Counted from the first letter of the whole stretch, positions 11,534 to 23,762 are shown. The stretch: DNA of 62,777 nucleotides, filler included, from Choristocarpus tenellus KU-1152 (GCA_964200185.2; 8 parts of 8 records of this genome joined end to end with filler, not necessarily neighbours in it); one strand, 5' to 3'. A program made the numbers and translations. Notes: generated by a model not told the origin, from the sequence alone.

Positions 11534-13990
11534 CTTGGTTGAAACAAAGGTAGTGAAGGCCTTCCTCTTCTCCTCTACCTTTTCAACACGACCATTGGTA
11601 TGCCTACCACTGATATGTCTGCCCAGCTCCCCTTGTACCCCATGCCACTGCCCCTGCCCCTCAAGCACTTGTCCCCCTCGACCCCAGTTGGCCTTGCCAT
11701 CCTTTACAGGTAGCTGCGACATCCGTGTCTTCAATGCCCATGCACGAACTCTACCGATCAAGTGTCCTGGTATTCTGTAGGAGTAAGATAGTGGAACTTG
11801 CCGAGTACACCCATGAGCCTGTGCTTGAGGTAATTTTAGTGGAGGGGTTGATGAGGGAGGTTGAGACTGTTCATAGTCGAAACTTGGCTGCTAGTAGAGG
11901 AAATGGGAGGAAGGATATAAGAGGGGGGTATGTATGTACGAGGACCGTTGATTTTTTTTCCCATCTACCAGTTCCAATGAAGTGCGGTTGAAACGTCAAA
12001 CTAGTGTTCAGCCCGAGCAACTGTGATCCTATGTTCTACACAGTAACCCTCAGCAACATGTTGACAATCTCAACCACGTAATCTCCAGGACCTCGATACC
12101 CTGTAGTCAAGGTGTATACAGTTGGGAAGATACCTTGGTTACACTTGATATAGCATACTAAGATCTTTACACACTATGTAGTTGAGATATATATATATAT
12201 ATATATATTGATTTTATGGGCAGAATGGAGAGGAAAGATAGGCAGGATAACCTTGTGTGGGGGAGGGCCTGTCATTGTTTACATTGTGGGATGCCAAAAT
12301 TGAGTAGTAAATAATAGGGCATTCTTAAACTGGAATACTACTGCACTGTATATCACGTGTAGGTACAATCTTGCTGCCCCTTCGACATTGGGTGACCAGT
12401 GGGGATAATGGGATAAGGAAAGGACTAGACTAGGTAGTCGAAAGATAAATCGATTTGCGTAACCTCAAGTAAAATGTTCAACATCAGCTTGGGATTTAAA
12501 AAAATGTGTGGGTCAAGAAGAAGGCATCTTATTATTCATGTTATCTGTTTGCACTTTTTGAGTGAGTGGTTGCCTAATCTAAGTCTTGCATTGTGTCATA
12601 TTGAGACACAAATCGTCACATCTTTTACCTACATAGTATACAAAATAGAAATAGGACTATAGGTGTTTGGAAGTGGATCCTATAAGTTTAAGACGCCTTG
12701 GACAATTGAACCAATTGTCAAATTTTGAATTCATTTCCAAAAATATAAAATATTGGTGGATCTATAAATGGTTACAGGAGATGGATTATATCAATACGAC
12801 CGTTGCACCTCATCTCCAACCGAAGACGGAAGGAAGGGAAGATCGTATGAATGGTTAGAATGGTGACAAGTAAAAAAAGGGCGAATTGCCGACGACCGTT
12901 GGCTGGTAGGAGAGGTTTAGAGACAAGTTGAACCAAGAGTATAAAATTCATTAACAAATGGGGGTGGTGACTTCCCCACCAAGCTACAACTATAAACTTT
13001 GGAGCTTGAGCTCTTCTAAATGGTAATGCATAGGAAGATTAGTAGTGTGTTACAAAGCTCCATTTTGCAGCCAGGGCAGCAGCATCAACATAGACGCACA
13101 CACACACATTCACATTCATGCAACACACACAAGGCGCATAATATATCCTGAAGGTAATCGTTCTACTTCTTCTCACCTGAAAGCACATCCAATGCGATAA
13201 TGGCCATGCCTTTGCCACCTGGAGTTGTTTCCCGTGAACTGTGTCGTGATTCTTTCTGGCGTGATTTAGTATCGCATTGGCTGGATCCCGCAGCATCCTG
13301 CCCAGCTGGTTCTTGTATGATTCATCCTTCGTATTGCGTGTGTGTTCACTGCCCTCAAGACCCCCATCTTGAGCGCTGGAGACTCTGCTTTTTGCGGGCA
13401 TTTTTGCCTCGAATGAGGCAAGGCGAGCGCGTTGCAGGTACACTCCATAGACCCTCACCCCTAGAGGTGCTGTTTCATTTCCAGAACGTTAAGGGTTGTC
13501 AGGATCTGTTAAATATATAGGGATGCGATACAAAGTTTCACTCAGGGGGAAAGTTGATCACGAGGAAAAGATGGGACTTCGCCCTTACCACGACTGAGGA
13601 TCAGATCATTGTTGTGACTGCCCTTGTAATCTACACTGGTATCCTCGGCGGCAGACTGAGCCTGCTCACCTTTACGACCGCTGAGGACTAGATCATTCTC
13701 GTGATTCCTCTTGTAGTCTACACTGGTATCCACGGCGGCAGACTGAGTCTGCTCAAACTTGCCAGTTGGGAGATGACCCACGAAATCTGGCACTACATCA
13801 TCGTTTGTCACTGGTTCTGAATAGAAAGGATCGCTCTTCGACTGATGGAGTAATTCCTGAGACACTTTGGATTTTGTGGCATCGAGGAAGACCTCATCAG
13901 GCAGAGGACATCGACTGACAAGGCTTTCTCGTGAAGTCCTCGATAATGCCTGTTCACGATCGTCGCAGGTATCTTCAACGTCTGCTTCCC
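11534..13990 (-). CDS. Probable multi-exon gene of unknown function (structure unresolved)
   Basis: Exon-like ORFs with good donors: ~13577-13990 (contains a 29-aa repeat), ~13177-13440 (..SHWMCFQ|GTGAGA) and 11534-11774 (..FVSTK|GTGAGT). Intermediate exons not resolved. Confidence 0.4.
13581..13754. repeat. 87-bp tandem duplication (29-aa coding repeat)
   Basis: QTQSAAVDTSVDYKRNHENDLVLSGRKGE / QAQSAAEDTSVDYKGSHNNDLILSRGKGE on the minus strand. Confidence 0.9.
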
Positions 13991-15954
13991 TGTTCACCCC
14001 AGTAAATCAATGAACAGTGACCATGACACATAGTGAGTACTCGGCAGCATGACCAGGGAGCGACGATAGCATCGGAGGTTGATGGTGACGGAATACATCT
14101 AATATCACTATTTCGAGCCTTTTGATTGAGCAACAACAGCCACGGCACAGCGCAAAGCCTGCTACAACAATTCCACGTTCCCTCACCAGTCACTTTCATA
14201 AGAAGCTATAGTCTTTATCGATGTATTTTGCAGGGAACCCGACAAACAATTACTTGAGCTTTCCATTATTGGAGTGGGACAGGAGTTTCGCAGTAGAAGA
14301 TACATAGGTATCTACTATTTCAATATTATACTTCGAAGTACTCGCGGTCAGGAGTACGTACACATCTACTCTCTATCTGGAAATATATCAGGCATTTGAG
14401 AAATACTTCTAATACACACATTAAAGTACCACTCTGTTGTTCTAGAGATATCCGGATTGAGGATATGGCGTATGGAGTACTTAGTACCTTGGTGTACTTT
14501 AGTGTACTTTATACCCCATTATCAAGGTAAATTGTGAGGAAGGAGTAGTTGGTGACGGTGGCCTTTGGGGGATGTAGGGCCCGTTTTTGCTGCCTTCAAG
14601 AAAGTCCGTGATTGCTAACCTTCTTTCACTAACCTTCAGACTATTCTTTTGGTAATCCCGGGTACCCAAAGTAAACGAGAGGTACCCAGGGTTGCATTTG
14701 AAGGATGCTGGCAAATGTGCAAAATTTGGATTTTGCACAACCACGTATAATAGGGACTTTTTCTGAATACTGTCGAAAATTCTTTTAGGAGAAATCCATG
14801 CTCTCAAGTCAATCCTACCATTTCATCCACACAAGGCGCGAATAGCAAAATATGAAAAATTGATTTTAAATGCAAAACGCCCCAAAACTGGGGACCTCTC
14901 GTTCACTTTTGGCCCAGGCATCTTTTGATCGATGGGCAAGATAACTGACGACATGGAAGGTCTCTGACGAGGAATTTCAAGGTTTGTGTATTGTTTTGAA
15001 CCTCCTTTGTTTTCCTCTGCTCTCACCAAACTACACAATAACTTTTTAATATGGTATTCCAACTGACCATTGAGAGTGTGCTCTGCACAACAATGAAATC
15101 GGTTTGATTCAATTCGTTGTTGGGAACGAATTATACTTGAATGTCCAAAATGTCTCCTATATTTCAGAACTTGAATATTATTTATGATAATAATAGGACA
15201 AGTTGAAACAGGACCTAAGTGCAATGGATATTATTACCAGACTCCCATATATATACGTAGCAATATAACACCCAACCCTGAACCTAACCCCAACCCTTTC
15301 CCCAGTTAACAGTAAAAAATAGTGTAAGCAAAATATGTACGTTTATTACTATGGGGGTCTTGTTATTACCATGTATGTTGGGTCCTCTTATGACTTCGTT
15401 AATATCATACCCACTGGCATACTGCTGAGAAGAAAACAAGAAACATAAAAAACAATAACCACAATGCCGGAAATAGAGTGTTGATAAAAGGAGAAATATC
15501 ATCGCGTAAGGAACACAACACGAGAACCAAACACTGTCCAGTTGTCTGACTTAAGTGTATTAATAGTATATTTAATACTGAAGTGCCAACTGACGCTTTG
15601 CAGGTGTTGTTGAGATCGAGCCAGTGACAGAAGAAGGGTGGGAAAATAAACAGAGTGTATTACTTCAAAGTGCATTTTTATGCCTTGCTGAGATTTTGTA
15701 GTAGATAGTTGTTATGGAGAGGGAAAAACAACTACTTAACATGTAAGGCAAATATACAAAAAACAAGCACGATGAAAGTAACCTACCGTGTATTGCCTAC
15801 AGTAAAGGCCTTCTGATGCACCACCAAAGAGAGTTGTAGTAGTGTATTTGAAACAAGCTTCTCAGAAACAAGAAATCTTCTATTAATGATAGAGACGAGA
15901 TGCAGTACAGCCACCTAAAATTAGTCCTGAACTGGCACCACTATGACTGAATGT

Positions 15955-16299
15955 GAAGGCGGTCTAGAAGGAACGGAAGAGTCCCACAAGTTTATCAAGC
16001 CCCGCCTTTCCCATCACCCCACAGTGTCTCTCGCTTATAATGCAACAATGGATGACTTCACACACATCTTCCTTCGTATCGCCTATTATTACTGTGCTGA
16101 TACTGGTAGCGAGATACTGAAAAACGAGAGGAGCAGCGATGGTACGTCTGCAGCTAATTGTGTTCGTATCAGCTCAAGGAAGTCGTAGTGGCGATTTCAA
16201 GGCGTGTTGTATTTCAACCTGGAGACATCGGACCGGGGGGCTAGACAGGGCTTGACAGACTACTTGTAGGACCCTTCCCTTGTTTCTAGACGGCCCTCA
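15955..16299. repeat. Imperfect inverted repeat (~50-80 bp arms)
   Basis: 15955-16004 TGAAGGCGGTCTAGAAGGAACGGAAGAGTCCCACAAGTTTATCAAGCCCC is an imperfect reverse complement of 16247-16299 AGGGCTTGACAGACTACTTGTAGGACCCTTCCCTTGTTTCTAGACGGCCCTCA. Confidence 0.6.
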
Positions 16300-16575
16300 A
16301 TAGTTCCAGTTTACGAAGGGATTATTTCGACTGCGTCTTGTTAGGATGTATTTTTGTTCTTGATTTAAAATGCACCATACCCCTAGGTGTATCTCAAGGC
16401 ATGTTAATACTATTATAAGCAATAGTACAAATTTCTTTTTGATCAACAAAAAAAAATGGGATGGTCGGCCCGCATGGAAGAGGGTACACCATCTCTGCCT
16501 TACTTAGTCACAAAATCATCTGTTGTTCTTGTTGTCGTCTTGTATTATATACCATGTTTTGTATTTTTCCTTTTT

Positions 16576-16728
16576 AACAGCCGATTTCAAAAATTGAGGA
16601 TGGAGCTTTTCATTGAGGATGGACTTGACCTAAAATTGACTGGGATAAAGTGTCGATATATATATTTTTTAATGTATTGTACCATCCTCAATGAAAAGCT
16701 CCATCCTCAATTTTTGAAATCGGCTGTT
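16576..16728. repeat. Perfect 47-bp inverted repeat with 59-bp spacer (MITE or foldback RNA)
   Basis: AACAGCCGATTTCAAAAATTGAGGATGGAGCTTTTCATTGAGGATGG (16576-16622) and its exact reverse complement (16682-16728). Confidence 0.9.
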
Positions 16729-17362
16729 TTTTGCTCCTCCACGATAAAATCTATCTTTATCTTCGTCACTGCAATATATCTTCACTCCACTAAATCTTCT
16801 ATAATCATAATTCATCCTGATTTCACAGACATCCAATCCTGTAAACCCCATGAACTACTTCGAAGAACTACACAATGCCGATACTACATGGAGATACGTT
16901 CCTTACTTAGCCTAAACTATGTACATCTCAACACCCATACCCAATTTTTAAAACTGCAACACTACAACTTCCACCTTCAAACTCTCCACCCTACCTACTG
17001 GTTTATTAGCCGGCTTAAGAGATGGCGTACCCACTTCCATGTGGGCCAACCACTTTTCTTTTTTGTTTTCATCTTAGACATTTGGAAAATATGTAGTGGT
17101 CAAAAAAATACGTAATATTTCAACGCTATATATTTAATGATGATATATTAATTTGCCCACTGACATTTTACTGAGGTTATGTAGGGAAAAAAGGAACGAA
17201 AATAAAGTAAAGAAAACTACAAGCACAACACCAAAAGAGTATATAACGTGAGAAACATGGATAATACATGGAGTCACCAGGGTGATGGGCAAGGAGGGGT
17301 CTATTCGATTCTTGGGATGCTTCCTTAGCTCCCCCCCCGGGGGCACAGGAGTAGGTAGATGG

Positions 17363-17462
17363 NNNNNNNNNNNNNNNNNNNNNNNNNNNNNNNNNNNNNN
17401 NNNNNNTTAATTAATTAANNNNNNNNNNNNNNNNNNNNNNNNNNNNNNNNNNNNNNNNNNNN
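17363..17462. other. Artificial contig linker
   Basis: N44-TTAATTAATTAA-N44. Confidence 0.97.
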
Positions 17463-17866
17463 CCGGGGTCGAGCGATGTAGATGTGTCCTGCACCTCCGT
17501 GGAGCCCATCCCGGCCATGGCGATGTTCTCTGACTGTAGATGAGGCGCAGTAGCTGCTGGGACCATAAACTCGTGAAAAAGAAGACAGAAGGTTAGCGGA
17601 GGAGGCAGCCATGGTACGACTGATCAACATACAGACCATAGTACATATGGATTATGTTTCGAGTTTAGTATTACAATTAAAATTCTCTAACAGTTGGCTT
17701 ACCTGTAAGACTAAAAATAATGAATAAGCAACAGAAGAAACCCCATAAAGGTTACTCTTCTAATTTCAACCATGTAATCATGTTCAGCAATAGAGAACCG
17801 TGTAAGGCTTCACCTTCCTGTTTTCACCACTGATAAATAGCATTACCTCCCAAGATAAATTATACA
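17463..17866. mobile_element. Copia fragments: family A RT piece (17463-17533, minus), family B pol piece and partial family B LTR (~17640-17866, plus)
   Basis: 17463-17533 is the reverse complement of ~22045-22113. RRLAEEAAMVRLINIQT resembles RRSVEEAAKVQLVNVRT at ~27310. 17640-17866 is the reverse complement of LTR B at 20136 and 25836. Confidence 0.8.
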
Positions 17867-17869
17867 GGA

Positions 17870-19115
17870 TCACCTGTTTAGTTGACTACTCAACAATCCC
17901 ATTGCTCTGTGGCGTACGTGGGGGGTTCTTGCGTCATTTTACGCCCCGCTCCCAAACACCTGTTTCCCTATCGGTATCCCTGCACCTATGTGTGTGGAGC
18001 TCCATAGCCCTCTAGCTCCTAGTTGTTTGCCCCGTGACCTCCGTGGTCAGGTACAAAGAGGACGAGATGATGACTGTCTTGAGGTGATAGTATGTGAGGT
18101 CCGGTGCTGTGGACAGCTACGTGAACATCTGTCGCATGCTGTCCCTCATGCCTATGATCGGAGTCCTTTTCGTGGCGCGTTTCTTCTAGCCGCCTCCAGC
18201 TGCTCGTACTCTGTCCAGACGTGATCGAGACGGATAACGAAGTCGGCAGCGTCCTCCACCGACGAGCAGTACATGTCACGCAGCTTCATACCTATGAGCT
18301 GCATGAGCCGCTGCACTGCAGCGCACTGCGCCTATAACAAACCCATGAATATTACTCTTGCTTCTGCTGGTATTAGAATTAGCACCACTACCAACATTTG
18401 CCTTATCTGTTTCTTTGCCAATAAAGCCTTTTATCCATGTTCCATAATTCATATCATCATCACCAGAAGCAACACCGCCATAAAAACTATTTGCTCTATT
18501 TAGACTCTAGATACATTCAGGATATTTCTGATTAATTGCCTGTTTTGGCTTTTAAACTTTTCTGCTGTCGTCTCTACTCTTGGCTTTAATGCATTTACAT
18601 CAATTAAATCTTCTCCCTCATACCGCAGATAAAAGTGAGAACTGCGTATAGCTCCAGCATCACCCCCGCAAGTCTGCTCCAACTCAAGCCAGGCTGCCCT
18701 CCTGTCGGGGCTGCCGTTATTTTCGTGGGTGCTGACCACCATCGCTGTGGCCCCCTCGTGCGTGGCCTGACCCAGCAGGAACCACAAGGCCTCGCGATGG
18801 TTGATGTACTCCTCGTACATGCTGCGTTCCCCAAAGGATGTATCAGCCGTAGGAGGTGCCGGGATGTGGTATGCAGGTTGGAGGATGCGGTACAGTCCCT
18901 TACCGCCCGCATAGCTCACCAGCACCATCTGCCATTCATTCTCCCCACTTCTCTCTTGTACGCCCAAGCGCGCCAGTCCATAGTGGCAGCTTACGTGGGT
19001 CCACTTCCATACCTGTAAGGCGCATAACAAGAGCTTTTCGAATATAGAGTTTTTTTATTTATGTGGTATGAATGAATTTATTGGTGGAGTGAGCACCATC
19101 CCTCGAGGTGAGGGG
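17870..19115 (-). mobile_element. Ty1/copia family A: partial LTR, PBS and degenerate gag interrupted by foreign DNA
   Basis: LTR 3' part 19029-19115, PBS GTTATGCGCC, ATG at 19010, gag WQMVLVSYAGGKGLYRIL...SPDRRAAWLELEQ. Homologous to 19601-20135 and 23763-24399. Confidence 0.85.
18326..18506 (-). pseudogene. Bacterial (Rickettsiaceae-like) Sca/OmpA-family autotransporter fragment
   Basis: Minus-strand frame not in the ORF track: LNRANSFYGGVASGDDDMNYGTWIKGFIGKETDKANVGSGANSNTSRSKSNIHGFVIGA. Fits the recalled rickettsial autotransporter linker/beta-domain start (NR...GV[AS][AS]GD....G.W...F.G......K....G..IG.D). AT-rich with A/T-ending codons; absent from the other two gag copies. Confidence 0.75.
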
Positions 19116-20135
19116 TGTGCAATATAGGCTGGGTAGTCTATAGGTTCTTAGGTATTTGGTAACCAGTATTATGTAACAAATTGTTGACTGAGTGGATCAA
19201 TTGTCAATCACTTTCCATACGCTTAGAGTAGTAGGTTCGAATCTTGATGGCTTGATTTCTTATTGCTGCTTAAGGTAAATGGCTGACACAGGACGACTGA
19301 CAGAGAACGACTGACGTATTGCGACTGACATAGACATATTGCGACTGATACAGATACGTTCAGACGTGTCTGCTGACGTGCGCAATAGATAACGAGGTAG
19401 AGCACTCCCTACCTCGAGGGATGGTGCTCTCTCCGCTAATTAATTCATCCATACCACCACATCAAGCAAAAATTATATTCGAACTCTCTTTGCACAGATT
19501 ATGAGCCTCACAGGTATTAATTCATCCATACATACATCATAAAGCAAAAACTATATTCGAACAGCTCTTGTTGCACAGATTACGAGCATCACTCACAGGT
19601 ATGGAAGTGGACCTACGTAAGCTGCCACTATAAAACGGCGCGTGTGGCATACAAGGGAGAAGTGAGGAGATTGGTAGATGGTGCTGGTGAGCTATGCGGG
19701 CGGTAAGGGACTGTGCTGCAACCTCCGACCAGCATACCACATCGCGGCACCCCCTACGGCTGATGCATCCTTTGGGGAACGCAGCGCGTACGAGGAGTAC
19801 ATGAAGCATCGCTTGTGGTTCCTGCTGGGCCAGGCTACGAGGGGGGCTGCAACGATGGTGGTCAGCACCCACGAAAATAACGGCAGCCCCGACGGGATGG
19901 CAGCCTGGCTCTTGTTGGAGCATATCTATGAGGGGCGCGCTGCACTGCAGCGACCCATGCAGCTCATAGGTCTCGAGATGAAGCTGCACGACATGTACTG
20001 CTTGTGGGTGGAGGATGCTGCTGACTTCGTCATCCGTCTCGATCACGTCTGGACAGAGTACGAGCAGCTGGAGGCGGTCAAGGAGGACCACGCCAAGAAG
20101 GGGGGCTCTGATCATCGACATTAGGGACAGCATGC

Positions 20136-21295
20136 TGTGCAATTTACCTTGGGAGGTAATGCTATTTATCAGTAGAGAAGACAAGAAGATGTGGAGCCTT
20201 ACACGGTTCCCCATTGCTGAACGTGATTACATGATTGAAATTAGAAGAGTGACCTTTGTGGGGTGTCTTCTCATTGTTTATTATTATTTATGCTTCCTAC
20301 CTAAGTCAACGGCTATGTCAAAGTAGTTGAATACGGAATAAATACCCGTACATAATCCCATACATAATCCGGATGTAATATCTCATTAGTTACATCACAT
20401 GCACTCAATTCAACACAATAATCTCATATACACAAAATGAGGTACACCTCACTATTGTCCTATTTTGCACACTTCCCCATGAGAGCGCAGGCAAGAAAGA
20501 TATTTGCTGGAACTCTCAAACCTAGAACATCTTATTGTGCACAGTCCCCATTCTGCACACTCCCCCATGAGAGTTGAAGTAAAAGATGTCAGATTGATTC
20601 AACTCTCACACTCATCACATTTATCTTATCAACGCAGTAAAAGAACACTGATGGCTTGAACTCGAACATACGTCATTCATCTAGTCAACACATTGTCTAC
20701 GAAGTCTTGTACCTGCTTATTTAGATGCACCAACATAGTGATGTACAATCGTGTCCAATGATTATCCCTAACTTAGTGTATGAGTAAAATCTGAACCAGT
20801 CCCCTTTTGCTGTTTCTCTGGCGTATCACTCAGTCCCACAGGCTTGATTGAAGCCTATCATAATTGAATGTTTCGTACATCCTCTCGTTGAGTGAAGTCC
20901 TTTGCCACCAATCTGGTCTTGAACTCTTCAATGGTCCCCTCAGCTGTTGGTTTTGTCTTAAAATCAGACTTGGATTTGTTCCCCATGTCAAAACCTCTCT
21001 CTACGGATGTTCCTTTCATCCATTGTTGTTCCATCTTCTCCATTGCCGCTTGCCATTATCGTGTATCAGGCCCCGTGAGTGCCTCTGATATAGAAGCTGG
21101 TTCTTGATGGTCTGGAGTAGATATTATTTACTTCCCAGACGTGTAAGTCTTGTGCAGGTAGCCCTTTACTGACAACCTTCCTCGCCAGTGTGCCTCTGAT
21201 ATAGAAGATGATTCTTGATTATCTGGAGTAGATATTTTTTACTCCTCAGACTTAAAACCTCTTGTGCAGGCAGCCCTTTGCTGACAACCTTCCTC
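20136..21295 (-). mobile_element. Ty1/copia family B internally deleted copy nested in family A
   Basis: LTR 20136-20471 (TGTGCA..TGCACA) with adjacent PPT (reverse complement of CTTCCCCATG), RNaseH end, and RT start KTRLVAKDFTQRED. Homologous to 25836-26770. Confidence 0.85.
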
Positions 21296-22017
21296 ACTTG
21301 TGTGCCGTCCACAACAAAGGAGGCCCTGAGGGGGCCCAGATGCCGAGCAGTGGCAGGAGGAGGCCATCGAGAAGGAAATGGCAGGGCTATGGCAGAAGGA
21401 GACGTTTGACAACGAGGCCCTGCCCATAGGGAGGAAGGCGATCAAGATGCGATTCGTCTTCAAATCAAGCGCTCCGGGGGCAGGACGGTGGAACGCTGTA
21501 AGACACAACTCATATCCCGCTACTTCACCCAAAAAGCAGGGGTGGATTTCTTCAAAACATTTATCCCAGTGGTTGGCTACGACACAATACGGAGCGCCAT
21601 GTCCGTCGCAACGTACAAAGGCTGGAACATTGACGCCCTGGACTTCACACAGGCCAACCTCAATGCAGATCTATAGGAGGACGTCTGGCTGGACCTTCCA
21701 GACGGCCAAACCTTCAAGGCAGAGGAGATCATCTATGGACTGAAGCAGTTAGCCATGGAGTGGTATCACAAGCTACACGGCACCATCCTAGCAGAAGGGT
21801 GGACGAGCAGCCAACATAATGAATGCACCTACTTCAGGAAGAGTGAAGACGGACGCATCGCCATCCTCACCACCAACGTGGAAGACACTGCCACCACCAG
21901 GGACTTCACGGAGAAGATCCAGAGGATGAGGGCATCGCTACTGGAGAAGTAGGAGGGGAGGGACCTAGGCACGCTGGACAAGTTGATTGGGATGGGCATC
22001 ACTGTGGGTGTTAACGG

Positions 22018-23200
22018 CATCACCCTGCGACCAACCTCTACTCTCAGAGAACATCGCCATGGCCGGGATGGGCTCCACGGAGGTGCAGGACACATCTACA
22101 TCGCTCGACCCCGGCATGGACCTCTCTGCCAGGCACGACAACGAGAAGGAACTGAATCCCACCATCTATCTACCCCTATGCCAGCATCATTGGCCAACTC
22201 ATGTTTCTAGCAGGCATGACTCGCCCGGACCTGGCCAACAGCGTTCGCGGACTGGGGAGCAGGGCGGCGTCTCCATGCATGCGGCACTGACGTGGACTGC
22301 AACATGTTCTGCGCTACATAGCAGGGACACTGGACGTCTGCATTTACTATGGTGGGGGGACTGGTGATATTGAAAGAGGGGACGAAGAGCTCTTGGTGGG
22401 GAATGGGGATTCCGACTGGGGCATCGACTCCTAAACACGCAGGAGTGTCACGGGTTATCTATTATTGTTGAACGGATTGCCTGGCGCTCCAAGCTTCAAG
22501 GCGCCGACACCCTCTCCAGCTCCGAGGCAGAGTGGACGGCAATGGCATACGGCATGCGCTACAGCATTTTCCTTCGAGGCATTCTGGGGGAGATCGGCAC
22601 ACTACATCACCCTGGACCAACATCTACTCTCAGAGAACATCGTCATGGCCGGGATGGGCTCCATGGAGGTGCAGGACACATCTATATGACTCGACCCCGG
22701 CATGGACCTCTCTGCCAGGCACGACAACGAGAAGGAACTGAATCCCACCATCTACCCCTACGCCAGCATCATTGGCCAACTCATGTTTCTAGCAGGCATA
22801 ACTCGCCCGGACCTGGCCAACAGCGTTCGCGAACTGGGGAGCAGGGCGGCGTCTCCATGCATGCGGCACTGACGTGGACTGCAACGCGTTCTACGCTACA
22901 TAGCAGGGACACTGGACGTCTGCATTTACTATGCCATAGTCGGGGAACTGGCGATATGGACAGAGGGAATAGGGAGCTCTTGGTGGGGAATGGGGATTCC
23001 GACTGGGGCACCGAAAGTCAAATGTGCAGGAGGCGTCACGGGCTACCTGCTTCTTTTCAACGGATCGCTGATCACCTGGCGCTCCAAGCTTCAAGGTGCC
23101 GTAACCCTCTCCAGCTCCGAGGCAGAGTAGACGGCAATCGCATACGGCATGCGCCATTGCATCTTCCTTTGAGTCATTCTGGGGGAGATCAGCGCACTGC
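22018..23200 (+). repeat. ~585-bp tandem duplication of the copia RT-end/RNaseH segment
   Basis: CATCACCCTG..CTACTCTCAGAGAACATCG.. starts at ~22018 and again at ~22605 and runs through ATTCTGGGGGAGATC. Confidence 0.9.
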
Positions 23201-23762
23201 AGGAACAGACTCCCTGTTTGTGTGGCAAACGTGGTGCTATCGAGGCGGGCGGTCAGCATCACAAGCTTAAATGGGAGAACGAAGCACGTGGACATGAATG
23301 AAGCTGAAGTGCATCAGAGAATACATGGATCAGGGTCTGTTCCACGTACGGTATGTTCCTACATTAAAACCGCTGGCCGACATTTTGACCAAGTCTTTGC
23401 TCAAGAACTTCTGATTTTGTGCATTCTGTGCTTTTTCATCGGGGGTGAGCTTTGTCAGCAACTTTGCCACACGCTCATGGGGGAGTGTGCCATATAGGCT
23501 GTTAGTATGTAGGTAGGAGTCGAGAGATGGGTTCGAGTCTCTTTGGGCTCGTTCGTTTCTTTTTGGTTTGCTACAAGTGGTTAATGCAACTACTACGACT
23601 GACGCAGAACCTCTGACACAGACATGTTCTGACATGTCTGCTGACGTGCGCAGTAGATAATGAGGCTGGGCGCACCCCCTTCGAGGTATGGTGGTCACTC
23701 CGCTAATTTATTCATTCATACCACATAAAGCAAAACTACAGTTTGAACAGCTCTTTAAAACA

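Larger units (their letters stand above)
19116..23762 (+). mobile_element. Ty1/copia family A element, degenerate: LTR-PBS-gag-[family B insertion]-RT-RNaseH-PPT-LTR
   Basis: 5' LTR 19116-19496 (TGTGCA..TGCACA), PBS GATTATGAGCC, gag ATG 19601. RT motifs (FTQKAGVDFFKTFIPVV, IDALDFTQANLNADL, IYGLKQ, NVED) at 21300-21950; RNaseH 22990-23400. PPT CATGGGGGAG 23476-23485, 3' LTR from 23486. Many stops and frameshifts. Confidence 0.9.

Noticed and set aside
12460-12530. RasGEF REM-like motif DAFFLTHTFF/LNPKLMLNILLE
   Set aside because: Requires a frameshift in a T homopolymer, and no consistent splice phase could be built.
16456-17115. 219-aa ORF
   Set aside because: Runs through the inverted repeat, AT-rich, no recognisable motif or splice structure; probably spurious.
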